A stretch of 64,000 nucleotides of DNA from Acidimicrobiia bacterium (lineage in GTDB: Bacteria; Actinomycetota; Acidimicrobiia; Spongiisociales; Spongiisociaceae). Location: positions 7,834 to 71,833 of the forward strand of contig JBFGLM010000014.1 of assembly GCA_041576165.1 (NCBI GenBank). The letters run 5' to 3'. The notes under the pieces were generated by a model. That model did not search any database, had not been told where the DNA came from, and was given only the letters and a program-made list of their open reading frames with translations. Shown here in pieces: positions 1 to 9,772 of this stretch (position 1 is its first letter; each line of letters starts with the position of its first letter). The translations under genes and the position numbers were made by a program.

Positions 1-372
1 CCGCTGGCCGAGGCGGACAGGCTGGAGCTGATAACAGGGGAGATCGAGATCGCACCCGGGGTGCGACTGCTGCCGACGCCAGGACACACTCCCGGCCATC
101 TCTCAGTCGCTCTCACGTCGAACGGGCACGGCGCGCTGTACGTAGGTGATGCGCTCGCGCATGAGGTCAATGTGGCCAATTCCGATTGGAACCATTTCTC
201 CGACCTTTTGCCCGGTCCGGCCATCCGTAGCCGCCGCTCGCTCGTCGCGCGGGCGGCGCGGGCCGGCCACCTGATCATCGGTTCGCACATGATGACGCGG
301 GGTCGGGCGCACACCGACGGTGGTCTTTACACCTTCATTCCAGAACCGAGCCCGGTCCGGGCCGATGGCTGA
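1..372 (+). CDS. MBL-fold metallo-hydrolase, 5' end cut by window edge
   Basis: Frame 1 is open from nt 1. The tail LLPTPGHTPGH...GDALAHE...IIGSHM resembles the C-terminal half of metallo-beta-lactamase-fold hydrolases. Confidence 0.65.
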   Translation, partial: PLAEADRLELITGEIEIAPGVRLLPTPGHTPGHLSVALTSNGHGALYVGDALAHEVNVANSDWNHFSDLLPGPAIRSRRSLVARAARAGHLIIGSHMMTRGRAHTDGGLYTFIPEPSPVRADG

Positions 373-784
373 CCTCCCGCCGGGCATCACGCAAAGTTCC
401 CGCTATCCGGTCACGGCGGGGATGTCGCCACCGCACTTGGCGCCGGCCCAGGTGTTGGGAACGTCGACGCTGGTCGAGCTGATGGAGCGGACCGCGCTCG
501 AGTCGATTGCGCCTCACCTGGCTCCAGGTGAGACGAGTGTGGGGGCCCGCATCGACGTCCGCCATCTGCGCCCGGCGTTCCCGGGCGAGGTGCTGGTGGT
601 GGATTCCCGTCTGGTCGAGGTTGGGCGGCGGCTCTGTTTCGAGGTGACCGTGTCGGTGGGGGACCGGGTGGTAGGGACCGCGTGGCATGAACGGGTGGTG
701 GTGGAGCGGTCCCGGTTCGGAGGCGAGGGGCCGATTCGTTCTCCCGGCCCGGCGCTGCAAGCCACTCCGGCGAGCGGGCGTTAG
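365..784 (+). CDS. hotdog-fold thioesterase-like protein
   Basis: ORF 320..784; the ATG at 365 (MADLPPG) overlaps the end of the upstream gene. GETSVGARIDVRHLRPAFPGEVLVVDSRLVEVGRRLCFEVTV looks like a PaaI/fluoroacetyl-CoA-type thioesterase core. Confidence 0.55.
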   Translation: MADLPPGITQSSRYPVTAGMSPPHLAPAQVLGTSTLVELMERTALESIAPHLAPGETSVGARIDVRHLRPAFPGEVLVVDSRLVEVGRRLCFEVTVSVGDRVVGTAWHERVVVERSRFGGEGPIRSPGPALQATPASGR

Positions 785-793
785 CCTGATCGT

Positions 794-1153
794 GTGTTGG
801 GGTGCCACCCGCTGAACCTGGGCTTCAGATTCGTTTTCGAGATTGTCGCCCTCGATCGGGATCGGTGATTACGACGTGGCATCGGGCCTTTTCGGATGGT
901 TGATCGGGATCGGCTTGCCGGCGGTGGCCGCGATCTGCTGGGGGGTCTTCAACGTGCCTGAAGACAGAAGTCGCTCAGGCCAGGCACCGTGGTGCCCGGC
1001 GTTGTCCGATTGTCGCTCGAGATCGCCTTCTTCCAGGTCGCGACCCTCCTGATCGCAACGGTTACCGCGATGGTCGCGACGTTTCTGGCCTTGGCGGTCG
1101 TTTTCCACTACCTGCTGTCCATTGATCGGATTCGCTGGCTGATCGCCCACTAG
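794..1153 (+). pseudogene. DUF2568/YrdB-like small membrane protein, apparently broken by two offsetting frameshifts
   Basis: Three consecutive pieces read like one DUF2568 protein. The N-terminus LNLGFRFVFEIVAL is in frame 2 and stops at 866. The middle IGIGDYDVASGLFGWLIGIGLPAVAAICWGVFNVPEDRS is in frame 0 (843..~988). The C-terminus VVPGVVRLSLEIAFFQVATLLIATVTAMVATFLALAVVFHYLLSIDRIRWLIAH is back in frame 2 (989..1153). Confidence 0.4.
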
Positions 1154-1292
1154 CCAGGCCCGACCCACGCGGGCATCACGGCTGTCGGCCCAGTCGAGTC
1201 GGGCGGTGATGGATAAGCGCCCGTCCGGTGGCTGCGATGGTAGGGGACGGACCTCTTCCCTCAGGGTGTTGGGCTGCGTACGGTGCTTTCAG

Positions 1293-2765
1293 ATGTTTGC
1301 GTCCATCACGTCGGTGGCGCTGGTCGGGGTGGAGGCGCGGCCGGTCAGTGTTGAGGCTCATGTTGGTGGGGGACAGCGACAGTCGTTTCATTTGGTGGGG
1401 TTGCCGGATACGGCGGTGCGGGAGGCGAAGGAGCGGGTGGCTGCGGCGTTGGCGGTGTCGGGGTTTCGGATGCCGGCGGGGCGAGTGACGGTGAATCTGG
1501 CGCCGGCTGATCTACCGAAGGTGGGTTCAGCCTTTGACCTGCCGATTGCGTTGGCGATTCTGGCGGCGGTCGGGACGATCCCCCCGGAGGTGGTGCGCTG
1601 TGTGGCGTTGGGTGAGCTGGCGTTGGATGGGCGGGTGCGGGCGGCGCGGGGTGGGTTGGGCGCGGCGTTGGTGGGCCGGGAGGTGCGGTTACCGGTTTTG
1701 CTGTCGGCGGGGTCAGCGGCGGAGGCGGCGCTGGTGGCCGACGCCACGGTGTGGGTGGTGGACTCGCTCGGCCATGCGGTGGCGGTCGGTAAGGGAGAGG
1801 CGCCGCCCGGGTGCCCGGAGCCGGTGGTCGCCGTGGACGCGGAATCAGCCGATTTGGCCCAGGTGCGAGGCCAAGGCCGTGCCCGGCGGGCGTTGGAGAT
1901 TGCGGCGGCGGGGGGTCATCATTTGCTGCTGACGGGCCCGCCGGGAGCGGGCAAGACCATGCTGGCGCATTGTCTGCCATCGTTGCTGCCGTCGCTGGGC
2001 CCCGACGAGCGCCTGGAAGTGGCCCAGGTCTGGGCGGCCGCGGACCGTCCCCGCCCCGATCATGCCCGGCCGCCGATTCGCGCTCCCCATCACAGCGCTA
2101 CCACCGCCGCCCTGGTCGGCGGCGGCAGCGGCGTACCCGTCCCCGGCGAAATCTCCCTCGCTCACCGGGGCGTGCTGTTTCTTGACGAAATGGGCGAGTT
2201 CTCGCCGGCATTGCTGGATGCGTTGCGGCAGCCGCTCGAGCAGGGCACGGTGACGATCGCGCGCCAGGGCCGTACAATCACCTTTCCCAGCGACCTCCAG
2301 CTGGTCGCCGCCACGAACCCCTGCCCGTGCGGCTATCTCGACGACGAACACCGGTCGTGTATGTGCAGCCCGACCGCCATCGAACGCTACCGCCGGAGGC
2401 TGTCCGGCCCGCTGCTGGATCGCATCGACGTACGAATCTGGGTGGGTCGCCCTGACCCCGACGAGTTACTCGGCCCAAGCGAAGAACGCTCCCAAGCGGT
2501 CCGGACCAGAGTACTGGCGGCACGAGCTCGCCAAACGGATCGAGGAACGCTCAATCGGGGGCTCACCCGGTCACAACTCGACGAGCTGGCGATCGCCCCT
2601 GCCGCCTCCGACCTGGCGGGCGCGGCACTCCGGTCGGGCGCAATCACGGGGCGGGGATACCACCGGTTGCGACGCATCGGGCGGACCATCGCCGACCTGG
2701 CCGGTGAGGATCTGGTATCGGTCGAACACTTGGAGGAGGCCTTGGACCTGCGAGGCAACCTATGA
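1293..2765 (+). CDS. comM: YifB/ComM family Mg-chelatase-like AAA+ ATPase
   Basis: Starts at MFASITSVALVGVEARPVSVEAHV (ATG 1293 inside ORF 1206..2765). Has Walker A GPPGAGKTM and Walker B VLFLDEMGEF. Sits immediately upstream of dprA as in many bacteria. Confidence 0.9.
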   Translation: MFASITSVALVGVEARPVSVEAHVGGGQRQSFHLVGLPDTAVREAKERVAAALAVSGFRMPAGRVTVNLAPADLPKVGSAFDLPIALAILAAVGTIPPEVVRCVALGELALDGRVRAARGGLGAALVGREVRLPVLLSAGSAAEAALVADATVWVVDSLGHAVAVGKGEAPPGCPEPVVAVDAESADLAQVRGQGRARRALEIAAAGGHHLLLTGPPGAGKTMLAHCLPSLLPSLGPDERLEVAQVWAAADRPRPDHARPPIRAPHHSATTAALVGGGSGVPVPGEISLAHRGVLFLDEMGEFSPALLDALRQPLEQGTVTIARQGRTITFPSDLQLVAATNPCPCGYLDDEHRSCMCSPTAIERYRRRLSGPLLDRIDVRIWVGRPDPDELLGPSEERSQAVRTRVLAARARQTDRGTLNRGLTRSQLDELAIAPAASDLAGAALRSGAITGRGYHRLRRIGRTIADLAGEDLVSVEHLEEALDLRGNL

Positions 2766-3742
2766 CAAGCGATTTGTTGCGGCTGGCGTTCGGAGGTCTC
2801 CACCCTGACCGGTTACGAGAGCTTGTAAATCGCCTTGGTCCTCGCGGGGTGGTCCGCGGCATCGAGCGGGGACGGATCGAGACCACCGATCACGTGCGAG
2901 AAGCAGTCGAGATTCCGGCCGAGCACAGGCTGGAGCAGCTCGCAGGGATGGGAATAGCATTCCTCACGGCGTCTGATCCCGGCTTCCCGTCGCATGTGCG
3001 AGGAACGGTCGGTGCCCCGTTGTTTCTCTTTGTTCAGGGGCGGCTACCGACCGAACGGGGAGTGGCAGTGGTCGGGACCCGGCGCTGTACTGCCTACGGG
3101 CGGCGGATCGCCCACTCGTACGGGCGGGCGCTGGGGAAGGTGGGAATTCCCGTCGTGAGCGGGCTGGCCCGGGGCATCGACGGCGCGGCGCACGACGGAA
3201 CGGCGTCCGCCGGCGGTACCGGAGTGGCTGTGATGGGGTGTGGCCTCGACCAGGTGTATCCACGTGAACACGAACGGCTGCTCGCATCCTTGCTGGAATA
3301 CGGGGGCGCCGCCGTCAGCGAATACCCGCCGGGCGCGAGCCCGCTGGCCTGGCGATTCCCGCCCCGCAACCGGATCATCGTCATGCTCGCCGCAGCGGTG
3401 GTGGTGGTGGAAGCGAATGTCACCGGCGGCGCCTTGATCACCGCCCACCACGCACTGATCCAAGGCCGCGAGGTCCTGGCGACCCCCGGGGACATCACGC
3501 GCCTGGCCTCGGGCGGTACCAACCGACTCATCCGAGACGGCGCCATCCCCGTGTTCGAAGCCGATGACCTGATCGGAGCGCTGGCTCTCATGCCAGACTT
3601 CGGTTGGCTGGCACATCCGACGTCTCGAGCCGGAGCCACCGAGCACACGGCTCAATGGCAACTTCGAGCGCCAACCGCCCGCCGCCGAAGCGACTCGGTG
3701 GGTCGTAGTGAGAGGCCGGTCGTTGATGACCTCGAGGACTGA
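2762..3742 (+). CDS. dprA: DNA-processing protein DprA
   Basis: ATGA overlap with comM. Rossmann-like core VAVVGTRRCTAYGRRIA...SGLARGIDGAAHDG...VVVVEA is typical of DprA/Smf. Confidence 0.9.
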   Translation: MTSDLLRLAFGGLHPDRLRELVNRLGPRGVVRGIERGRIETTDHVREAVEIPAEHRLEQLAGMGIAFLTASDPGFPSHVRGTVGAPLFLFVQGRLPTERGVAVVGTRRCTAYGRRIAHSYGRALGKVGIPVVSGLARGIDGAAHDGTASAGGTGVAVMGCGLDQVYPREHERLLASLLEYGGAAVSEYPPGASPLAWRFPPRNRIIVMLAAAVVVVEANVTGGALITAHHALIQGREVLATPGDITRLASGGTNRLIRDGAIPVFEADDLIGALALMPDFGWLAHPTSRAGATEHTAQWQLRAPTARRRSDSVGRSERPVVDDLED

Positions 3743-3967
3743 GACGAGTGGCAACCGGTCGGGTTGCCGTAGTTGGAGTCTCCCGAGATGCCACGTCATG
3801 ATCGCGTTTCGGGCTAGTTAGCAAACGTTTGAAAACCGACTCTCACTAACCACACCATGGCCCTAGAGTTCCACGGAGGGCGGGGTCACAGCTAGGTAGG
3901 GGTCGCCATCACACACAACAAAATCCTTCGTATCCGCTCCGGTCGCGCTCGTCCACGGTTCGGACTT

Positions 3968-6082
3968 GTGGCCGCGTTGTTGATCATGTTGCTGGTGTCT
4001 GCCGCGCCCGCGAGCGGTAGCCAGGATCCTGAAGACGCCAACGAAGGCGGTCCGTCCGCCATCCCATTGGGGGCAAGTATCACGCTGGCGGCCGACGAGA
4101 CGGCGGTCATCGTGCAATCCCACGATCTCACGCCGCATAGGATCATCGATCCCGCCGGGCTCGCCTATCTGAGCAACGACGGTTCTCTTCTGATCTCTGA
4201 CTCCGAGATCAACGAGGAAGAACGAATATTCAATGGGTTCAACATGTGGGAGCTGAGTAGCTCGGCGACCTTGATCGCGAGGGGGCTCAGTCCCGAGCCG
4301 GGTCCGATCAACAAGAAGGAGCCGACCGGACTAGCTTACAATCCGTCCAACGGCCACGCTTTTCTCAGCAACGACCTGACCCAATCAGGGACGTCGGAGA
4401 AGTTCGTGTACGAGATCGCGTCGGGCGCCGACGGCAACTACGGTACCGCCGACGACACCGTCACGTGGGTCAGCGTGAGCGCATTCGGGGCCACGGATCC
4501 AGAAGACGTGGCGTACGACTGGGCCGGCACCCTGGGGACCATGTCCGACGACAGCGTGCTCATCGCCGACGGTACCAACGCCCGGGTGCTGCGGATCCTC
4601 CTCGGGTCCAACGGCACGCTGGACAGCACCGACCCTGTCATGGTGCTCGACCTCAGCGGACAAGGCATCGTCGATATCGAAGGGCTGGGATACAAGCCGT
4701 CCACCGATACGATCCTCACCATCGACGGCGGGGCCAACGATGTTCTCTACGAGATGACCAAGGATGGTCAGCTACTCCGCAGCATCGACCTCTCCGCGCT
4801 CAAACGGCCCGGCATCAACATGCGGCCGTCGGACGTCACGATGGCGCCGGCATCGGACGGTTCGCCTGCCACCCATATCTACCTGGTCGATCGTGGGGAT
4901 GACAACAACAGCGCCGACCCGAACGGCAACTCGCCGCCGAGAGATGGGGTCCTGTACGAACTGACAGCCCCGTTTACCAACCTGGCACCTTTCGTCGACG
5001 CGGGGCCCGACATCGTGGCGGCTCAGACGGACACGCCGATGGTGTCTGCCACCGTCTACGACGACGGCCAGCCCACAACTGCCGCCCCTAATATCATCTG
5101 GTCCCGGGTGAGCGGGCCCGGCCCGGTCAACTTTGGGTCTCCCAACGCGGCCACCACCAGCATGAGCTTCAGTCAGCCGGGCACGTATGTCGTCAAGATC
5201 GAAGCCAACGACGGCATCCTGAGTGCTGAGGACACTTTGCAGGTGACGGTGACCAACGCACCGCCGCCGAACGCCGCCCCCACCGTGTCCGCTGGCGCCG
5301 ATCGGGAAATCACCTTGCCGACGGCGGCCGTGTTGGTCGACGGGGTGGTGTCCGACGACGGGTTACCCAACCCGCCTGGGGACGTCACGTCGACCTGGAG
5401 CAAGGTGAGCGGTCCCGGTACAGTGACGATCAAGGACCCGAACGCGCTCGACACCACTGTGTCCTTCTCGAGCGAGGGTACCTACGTGCTGCGGCTGACC
5501 GCCCACGACGGCGCACTGAGCGCAACGGACGACCTGGCGGTCGTCGTAGATCCGGAGCCGATACTCACCTTCGATGACATAGCCGGGCACACCTTCGAAG
5601 CAGACATCATCTGGCTGGCCGAAAACGGGATCACCTTCGGCTGTAACGAGGATGGGACGCTGTTCTGTCCGGATGACTCGGTCACGCGGGCACAGATGGC
5701 CTCGTTCTTGGTGCGGGCCTACGACTTGCCGTCGGTGGCGGGCAACCGTTTCGCCGACGTGTCGGGAACCCACACCGCGAACATCAATGCCCTGGCGGAG
5801 GCCGGGATCACCCTCGGCTGCAACGCCGATGGCACGCTGTACTGCCCGAACGACCCTGTGACGCGGGCGCAAATGGGGTCGTTCCTGGCGCGGGCTTCAG
5901 ACCTCGACCCCGTTGCGGGCGACGTCTTCATCGATGTGTCAGGAGTCCACGAGGAAAACATCAACGCCATCGCCTCCGCCGGCATCACGCTCGGTTGTGA
6001 CACGGTTGGGCCTCTCTACTGCCCCGATGCGTACGTCACACGGGGGCAAATGGCTGCGTTCTTGCACCGCGCGCTCGGCTGA
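3968..6082 (+). CDS. secreted cell-surface protein: N-terminal beta-propeller-like region, two PKD/Ig-like modules, three C-terminal SLH-like repeats
   Basis: GTG start is the only start codon after the in-frame stop at 3893, followed by a hydrophobic signal-like MAALLIMLLVSAAPASG. Two ~90-aa Ig-like repeats are present (...WSRVSGPGPVNF...GTYVVKIEANDG... and ...WSKVSGPGTVTI...GTYVLRLTAHDG...). The C-terminus carries three repeats of F-x-D-(x)n-GIT-x-GC-(x)n-CP-x-x-x-VTR-x-QM-x-x-FL. Confidence 0.7.
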   Translation: MAALLIMLLVSAAPASGSQDPEDANEGGPSAIPLGASITLAADETAVIVQSHDLTPHRIIDPAGLAYLSNDGSLLISDSEINEEERIFNGFNMWELSSSATLIARGLSPEPGPINKKEPTGLAYNPSNGHAFLSNDLTQSGTSEKFVYEIASGADGNYGTADDTVTWVSVSAFGATDPEDVAYDWAGTLGTMSDDSVLIADGTNARVLRILLGSNGTLDSTDPVMVLDLSGQGIVDIEGLGYKPSTDTILTIDGGANDVLYEMTKDGQLLRSIDLSALKRPGINMRPSDVTMAPASDGSPATHIYLVDRGDDNNSADPNGNSPPRDGVLYELTAPFTNLAPFVDAGPDIVAAQTDTPMVSATVYDDGQPTTAAPNIIWSRVSGPGPVNFGSPNAATTSMSFSQPGTYVVKIEANDGILSAEDTLQVTVTNAPPPNAAPTVSAGADREITLPTAAVLVDGVVSDDGLPNPPGDVTSTWSKVSGPGTVTIKDPNALDTTVSFSSEGTYVLRLTAHDGALSATDDLAVVVDPEPILTFDDIAGHTFEADIIWLAENGITFGCNEDGTLFCPDDSVTRAQMASFLVRAYDLPSVAGNRFADVSGTHTANINALAEAGITLGCNADGTLYCPNDPVTRAQMGSFLARASDLDPVAGDVFIDVSGVHEENINAIASAGITLGCDTVGPLYCPDAYVTRGQMAAFLHRALG
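5570..6079 (+). repeat. three tandem ~57-aa SLH-like cell-wall-anchoring repeats, each with a conserved Cys pair (coding)
   Basis: FDDIAGHTFEADIIWLAENGITFGCNEDGTLFCPDDSVTRAQMASFLVRA / FADVSGTHTANINALAEAGITLGCNADGTLYCPNDPVTRAQMGSFLARA / FIDVSGVHEENINAIASAGITLGCDTVGPLYCPDAYVTRGQMAAFLHRA. Confidence 0.6.
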
Positions 6083-6349
6083 GCCGAGACACGAGGCAGG
6101 ATCTACGCCGCTGGGCCGCCCAGACGTCGTTCTCGGCGGCCTCCCGGCCATGCGGCAGTCTATTCCGCGCCCAACCCGGGTGACCTGGGCTTGAGAATGA
6201 GCCCAAGGTTTCAGAATCGGCTGAGACACCGCCGAGAGAGCCGCACTAGACACTGTCGCTGACAAAAGAATTCGGTGGCCGTGCCGCACCAGGGCGTTTA
6301 CCCGACTTGGGTTCGCGATTCGACCACCGAATGGGCAGATAGTACTGCC

Positions 6350-6388
6350 GCGAAGGAGCTGACCCGCACCAGCTCCTTCGCTCTTTGT
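6350..6388 (+). terminator. terminator-like hairpin in the surface-protein/xerC intergenic region
   Basis: Perfect 12-bp stem gcgaaggagctg / cagctccttcgc with an 8-nt loop, followed by T-rich tctttgtg. It lies 268 nt past the nearest upstream stop codon. Confidence 0.35.
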
Positions 6389-6477
6389 GACCCCTTTCTC
6401 ACGGTTTTGGCCCTCGGGGGCGGATTGATGCGGCCGGATCATTGCATTTGGGCGCGAACTGTCTCACCATCCAACCA

Positions 6478-7377
6478 ATGCAGCGAACGGTGCCTGAGAC
6501 GCCGGCGTGGATCGCGGAGAACCTCAGCGACTTTCTGCGCCGTCTGGAGAGCCAACAGAACGCGTCGGCCCATTCCGTCGCTGCCTATTCTCGGGATCTG
6601 CGCCAGTTCTTCGCCTTTGCAGACGCAGCGGGGGTCTTGTCTCTCCCGGACGTAGACCGCGGGCTCATGCGGGCCTATCTCGTCCATCTGCATGAGGCCG
6701 GCTACGCCCGGCGGAGTATTGCCCGCAAAGCGTCGGCGATCCGCTCGTTCTTCACCGATGCCGTCCGGCGCGGTGTCGTCCCCGCCAACCCGGTGGAGGG
6801 CGTGGCGCCTCTCAAACTGGTCCGGCCCCTCCCCAAAGCGCTCACACAACGCCAGATGCACGCTGCGCTCGATGCCGTGACGGGCGATAGTCCGGTGGAC
6901 GTGAGGGATCGGGCGCTGGTGGAAGTGTTGTATGCAACCGGTCTGCGTATCTCAGAGGTAACTGACATGCGTCTGGCCGATGTGGTCGGCGGGCCGGCCA
7001 CCGTCCGGGTCACCGGCAAAGGCCAAAAAGATCGGGTCGTTCCAATCGGTGCTCAAGCGCGCGCATGGTTGGAACGATATGTGAAGGAAGGGCGCGGTCA
7101 GCTTTTGGGTGACCGTACCTCACACGCCTTGTGGATCGGCAGCCGGGGAGCTGACATGGATGCTCGGAGTATCAGAAGGGCAGTGCGGCGACGCACCGGC
7201 ACCTTTCCGCACGCATTCCGGCACTCCTTTGCCACGCACATGCTCGAAGGGGGAGCGGATTTGCGCTCGGTCCAACAGCTTCTAGGCCACGTTGATCTAG
7301 CCACTACCCAGATTTACACTGCCGTTACTCGCCACCATCTCAGGGAAACCTATGACCGTACGCACCCGCGCGCCTGA
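6478..7377 (+). CDS. xerC: tyrosine recombinase XerC
   Basis: ATG 6478 ([11 protein letters not shown]) inside ORF 6442..7377. N-terminal SAM-like domain [17 protein letters not shown]. Catalytic region ATGLRISE...[37 protein letters not shown]. Conserved position after dprA. Confidence 0.85.
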   Translation: MQRTVPETPAWIAENLSDFLRRLESQQNASAHSVAAYSRDLRQFFAFADAAGVLSLPDVDRGLMRAYLVHLHEAGYARRSIARKASAIRSFFTDAVRRGVVPANPVEGVAPLKLVRPLPKALTQRQMHAALDAVTGDSPVDVRDRALVEVLYATGLRISEVTDMRLADVVGGPATVRVTGKGQKDRVVPIGAQARAWLERYVKEGRGQLLGDRTSHALWIGSRGADMDARSIRRAVRRRTGTFPHAFRHSFATHMLEGGADLRSVQQLLGHVDLATTQIYTAVTRHHLRETYDRTHPRA

Positions 7378-8140
7378 GCCGTCCGACGAGCATGTGCGCG
7401 AACTGTGGGAGAAGTTCAAAGCCACAGGCGACGTCCCTTCCCGCGACGCGCTCATCCTGCATTACTCGCCGCTGGTCAAGTTCGTGGCCGGTCGTGTCGG
7501 TGTTGGGTTGCCCAGGAATGTCGAGCAGTCCGATCTGATCCAGTACGGCATATTCGGCTTGATTGACGCGATCGACAAGTTTGACTTGGAGCGCGGCTTC
7601 AAGTTCGAGACCTATGCCATCAGCCGCATCAAAGGCTCGATTCTCGATGAGCTGCGGGCCCTCGATTGGGTGCCGCGCAGTGTCCGGGCTCGGGCCCGCG
7701 AAATAGAACGGTCGCTGGCCGAGCTCGAACATCGGGAGCGGCGGTCGGTAACGGAAGAAGAACTGGCCGACCACATGGACATGCCGCTCGGCGAGCTGCA
7801 GACGAACCTGGCGGAGATATCAACTCTGGGTCTGGTTGCGCTCGATGAGCTCCTGTCACCCGAGCGCGGCTCGTCGGCCGTCGGCGATCTCGTCCCCGAC
7901 CAGAAGGGCCTCGATCCGGAGGCAGCCTTCCAGATCGAGGAGATGAAGCGTGTACTGGCCGACGTGATCGGCCGTCTCCCCGACCGGGAGCGGCTGGTCG
8001 TCACGCTCTACTACTACGAGGGCTTGACTCTGGCTGAGATCGGCCGGGTACTCGGCGTCACCGAATCGCGGGTGTGCCAGATCCACACCAAGGCAGTAAT
8101 GAGCCTCCGCAACCGGATGACCGAACCCAGCTACCGCTGA
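7352..8140 (+). CDS. whiG: FliA/WhiG-family RNA polymerase sigma factor
   Basis: [45 protein letters not shown]...[28 protein letters not shown]...[33 protein letters not shown] is near-collinear with Streptomyces WhiG as I recall it. The xerC-whiG-rpsB synteny matches. An alternative GTG start at 7394 would remove the 26-nt overlap with xerC. Confidence 0.8.
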   Translation: MTVRTRAPEPSDEHVRELWEKFKATGDVPSRDALILHYSPLVKFVAGRVGVGLPRNVEQSDLIQYGIFGLIDAIDKFDLERGFKFETYAISRIKGSILDELRALDWVPRSVRARAREIERSLAELEHRERRSVTEEELADHMDMPLGELQTNLAEISTLGLVALDELLSPERGSSAVGDLVPDQKGLDPEAAFQIEEMKRVLADVIGRLPDRERLVVTLYYYEGLTLAEIGRVLGVTESRVCQIHTKAVMSLRNRMTEPSYR

Positions 8141-8384
8141 GCGGGCTTCTCGAACAGCTCCACGTCACCGCCCGGGCGGTGATCCGCGCACCCGACCTGA
8201 TTTGGACGCCCCTGGCCCCGGCCTAGACTGCGTCCCGAAATCGCACGTTCGTTGCAATCCCTCGAGGTCGGTTCAGGTGCTCACGCGCCGGATCGGAGGG
8301 GCGGCGAAGTCCCCGGGACTTCTCCAGGACGAACGGAGGGCGCCGGCCGACGTCCCGGCGCAACAACCGTAAAAGGAGGCATTC

Positions 8385-9143
8385 GTGGCAGTGTCCATGA
8401 AGCAACTGCTCGAAGCCGGGGTCCACTTCGGACATCAAACCCGGCGCTGGAACCCGAAGATGGAGCCGTACATCTTCGGTGAGCGCAACGGCATCCACAT
8501 CGTTGATCTGCGCCAGACTTTGCAGCAGGTGGAGCGAGCGGCCCAATTCGTGAAAGATCTGACCGCAAAGGGCGGCACGATCTTGTTCGTGGGCACCAAG
8601 AAACAGGCCCAGTCGGCGATCGCCGAGGCCGGCGATCGGTCGGAGATGCCCTATGTGAATTTTCGCTGGCTGGGCGGAATGCTGACCAACTTTCAGACCA
8701 TTCACAAGCGCATCTTCTACATGAAAGAGCTCGAGCGGATGGAGTCGAGCGGCGAGATGGACGCGCTCCCCAAGAAGGAGCGGTTGCGACTGCGCCGCGA
8801 GCTCGAGAAGCTCCAGCGAACACTGGGCGGAGTGGCGAATATGGAGCGGGTGCCCCAGGCGGTGTTCGTCATCGACCTCAACGCCGAGCACCTGGCCGTC
8901 GCGGAAGCCTCCCGGCTGGATATTCCCGTGCTGGCGGTCGTGGACACCAACTGCGATCCCGACAATGTCGACATTGTCATCCCCGGTAACGACGACGCGA
9001 TCCGGGCCGCCGAGTTGTTGGCCTTCGAGATGGCTGCGGCGGCTCGAGAGGGTCGCGAGCTGGCCCGCGCCAAGCAGCAGAAGAAGGACGACGACGAGAC
9101 CGAGGCTGCTGCCGCCGGCGTGCGGGCCGCCCCGGGTGAGTGA
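8385..9143 (+). CDS. rpsB: 30S ribosomal protein S2
   Basis: GTG start preceded by aaaaggagg. [22 protein letters not shown] is the S2 signature. Has an acidic/alanine-rich C-terminal tail. Confidence 0.95.
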   Translation: MAVSMKQLLEAGVHFGHQTRRWNPKMEPYIFGERNGIHIVDLRQTLQQVERAAQFVKDLTAKGGTILFVGTKKQAQSAIAEAGDRSEMPYVNFRWLGGMLTNFQTIHKRIFYMKELERMESSGEMDALPKKERLRLRRELEKLQRTLGGVANMERVPQAVFVIDLNAEHLAVAEASRLDIPVLAVVDTNCDPDNVDIVIPGNDDAIRAAELLAFEMAAAAREGRELARAKQQKKDDDETEAAAAGVRAAPGE

Positions 9144-9151
9144 GGGACAGG

Positions 9152-9772
9152 GTGGCTGTATTCACCGCAAAGGACGTACAGGCCCTTCGCCAGGCGACGG
9201 GTGTGGGAATGATGGACGCCAAGCGGGCGCTGTCGGAGGCCGACGGTGACTTCGAGAAAGCCAAAGAAGATCTGCGGGAGAAGGGCTTGGCCGACGTGGC
9301 GAAGCGGGCGGGCCGCGATGCCAACGAAGGAGCCGTGGGCTACTACTTGCACACCCCCGTCGGTTATCCCACGATCGGCGTGTTGGTCGAACTCGCCTCA
9401 GAGACGGATTTTGTGGCTAAAAGCGAAGACTTCCAGCAGGTGGCAAATGACATAGCCATGCACATCTCCTGGGCCGACCCCCGTTGGGTGCGGCGGGAGG
9501 ACGTGCCAGATGATGCCGTGGCAAAGGAACGCGATCTCATAGCACGCCAGGCCGCGGCTGAGGGCAAACCCGAACAGGTCATAGAGCGCATAGTCGAAGG
9601 AAAGATCGGCAGCTTCTACGAGGACAACGTGCTGTACGAGCAGCACTTCGTCAATACGCAGAAGTTCGAGGGCACGGTCGGTGAGCTGGTGACCCAGCTG
9701 GCGGCCAAGATGGGGGAGAACATCGCGGTGCGCCGCTTTTCCCGCATCGCGGTAGGCGAGCAGGAGTCGTAG
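9152..9772 (+). CDS. tsf: translation elongation factor Ts (short, ~206-aa form)
   Basis: GTG 9152 after gaggga. TAKDVQALRQATGVGMMDAKRALSEADGDFEKAKEDLREKG is the UBA-like EF-Ts N-terminus. Follows rpsB. Confidence 0.9.
   Translation: MAVFTAKDVQALRQATGVGMMDAKRALSEADGDFEKAKEDLREKGLADVAKRAGRDANEGAVGYYLHTPVGYPTIGVLVELASETDFVAKSEDFQQVANDIAMHISWADPRWVRREDVPDDAVAKERDLIARQAAAEGKPEQVIERIVEGKIGSFYEDNVLYEQHFVNTQKFEGTVGELVTQLAAKMGENIAVRRFSRIAVGEQES

Noticed and set aside
1345-1980. 211-aa Pro-rich minus-strand ORF
   Set aside because: It is antisense to comM and has typical shadow composition.
6271-6331. tRNA-like appearance (8-bp closing stem, ggttcgcgattcga resembling a T-arm)
   Set aside because: It is only 61 nt, with no cloverleaf, no D-arm or anticodon arm of proper size and no canonical GTTCGAATC T-loop. 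It is retained only as part of a candidate sRNA.
6478-7377. Tyrosine recombinase as a marker of an integrated mobile element
   Set aside because: The XerC-type N-terminal domain and the conserved dprA-xerC-whiG-rpsB synteny indicate the housekeeping chromosome-dimer resolvase. No att-like repeats or phage genes are nearby.
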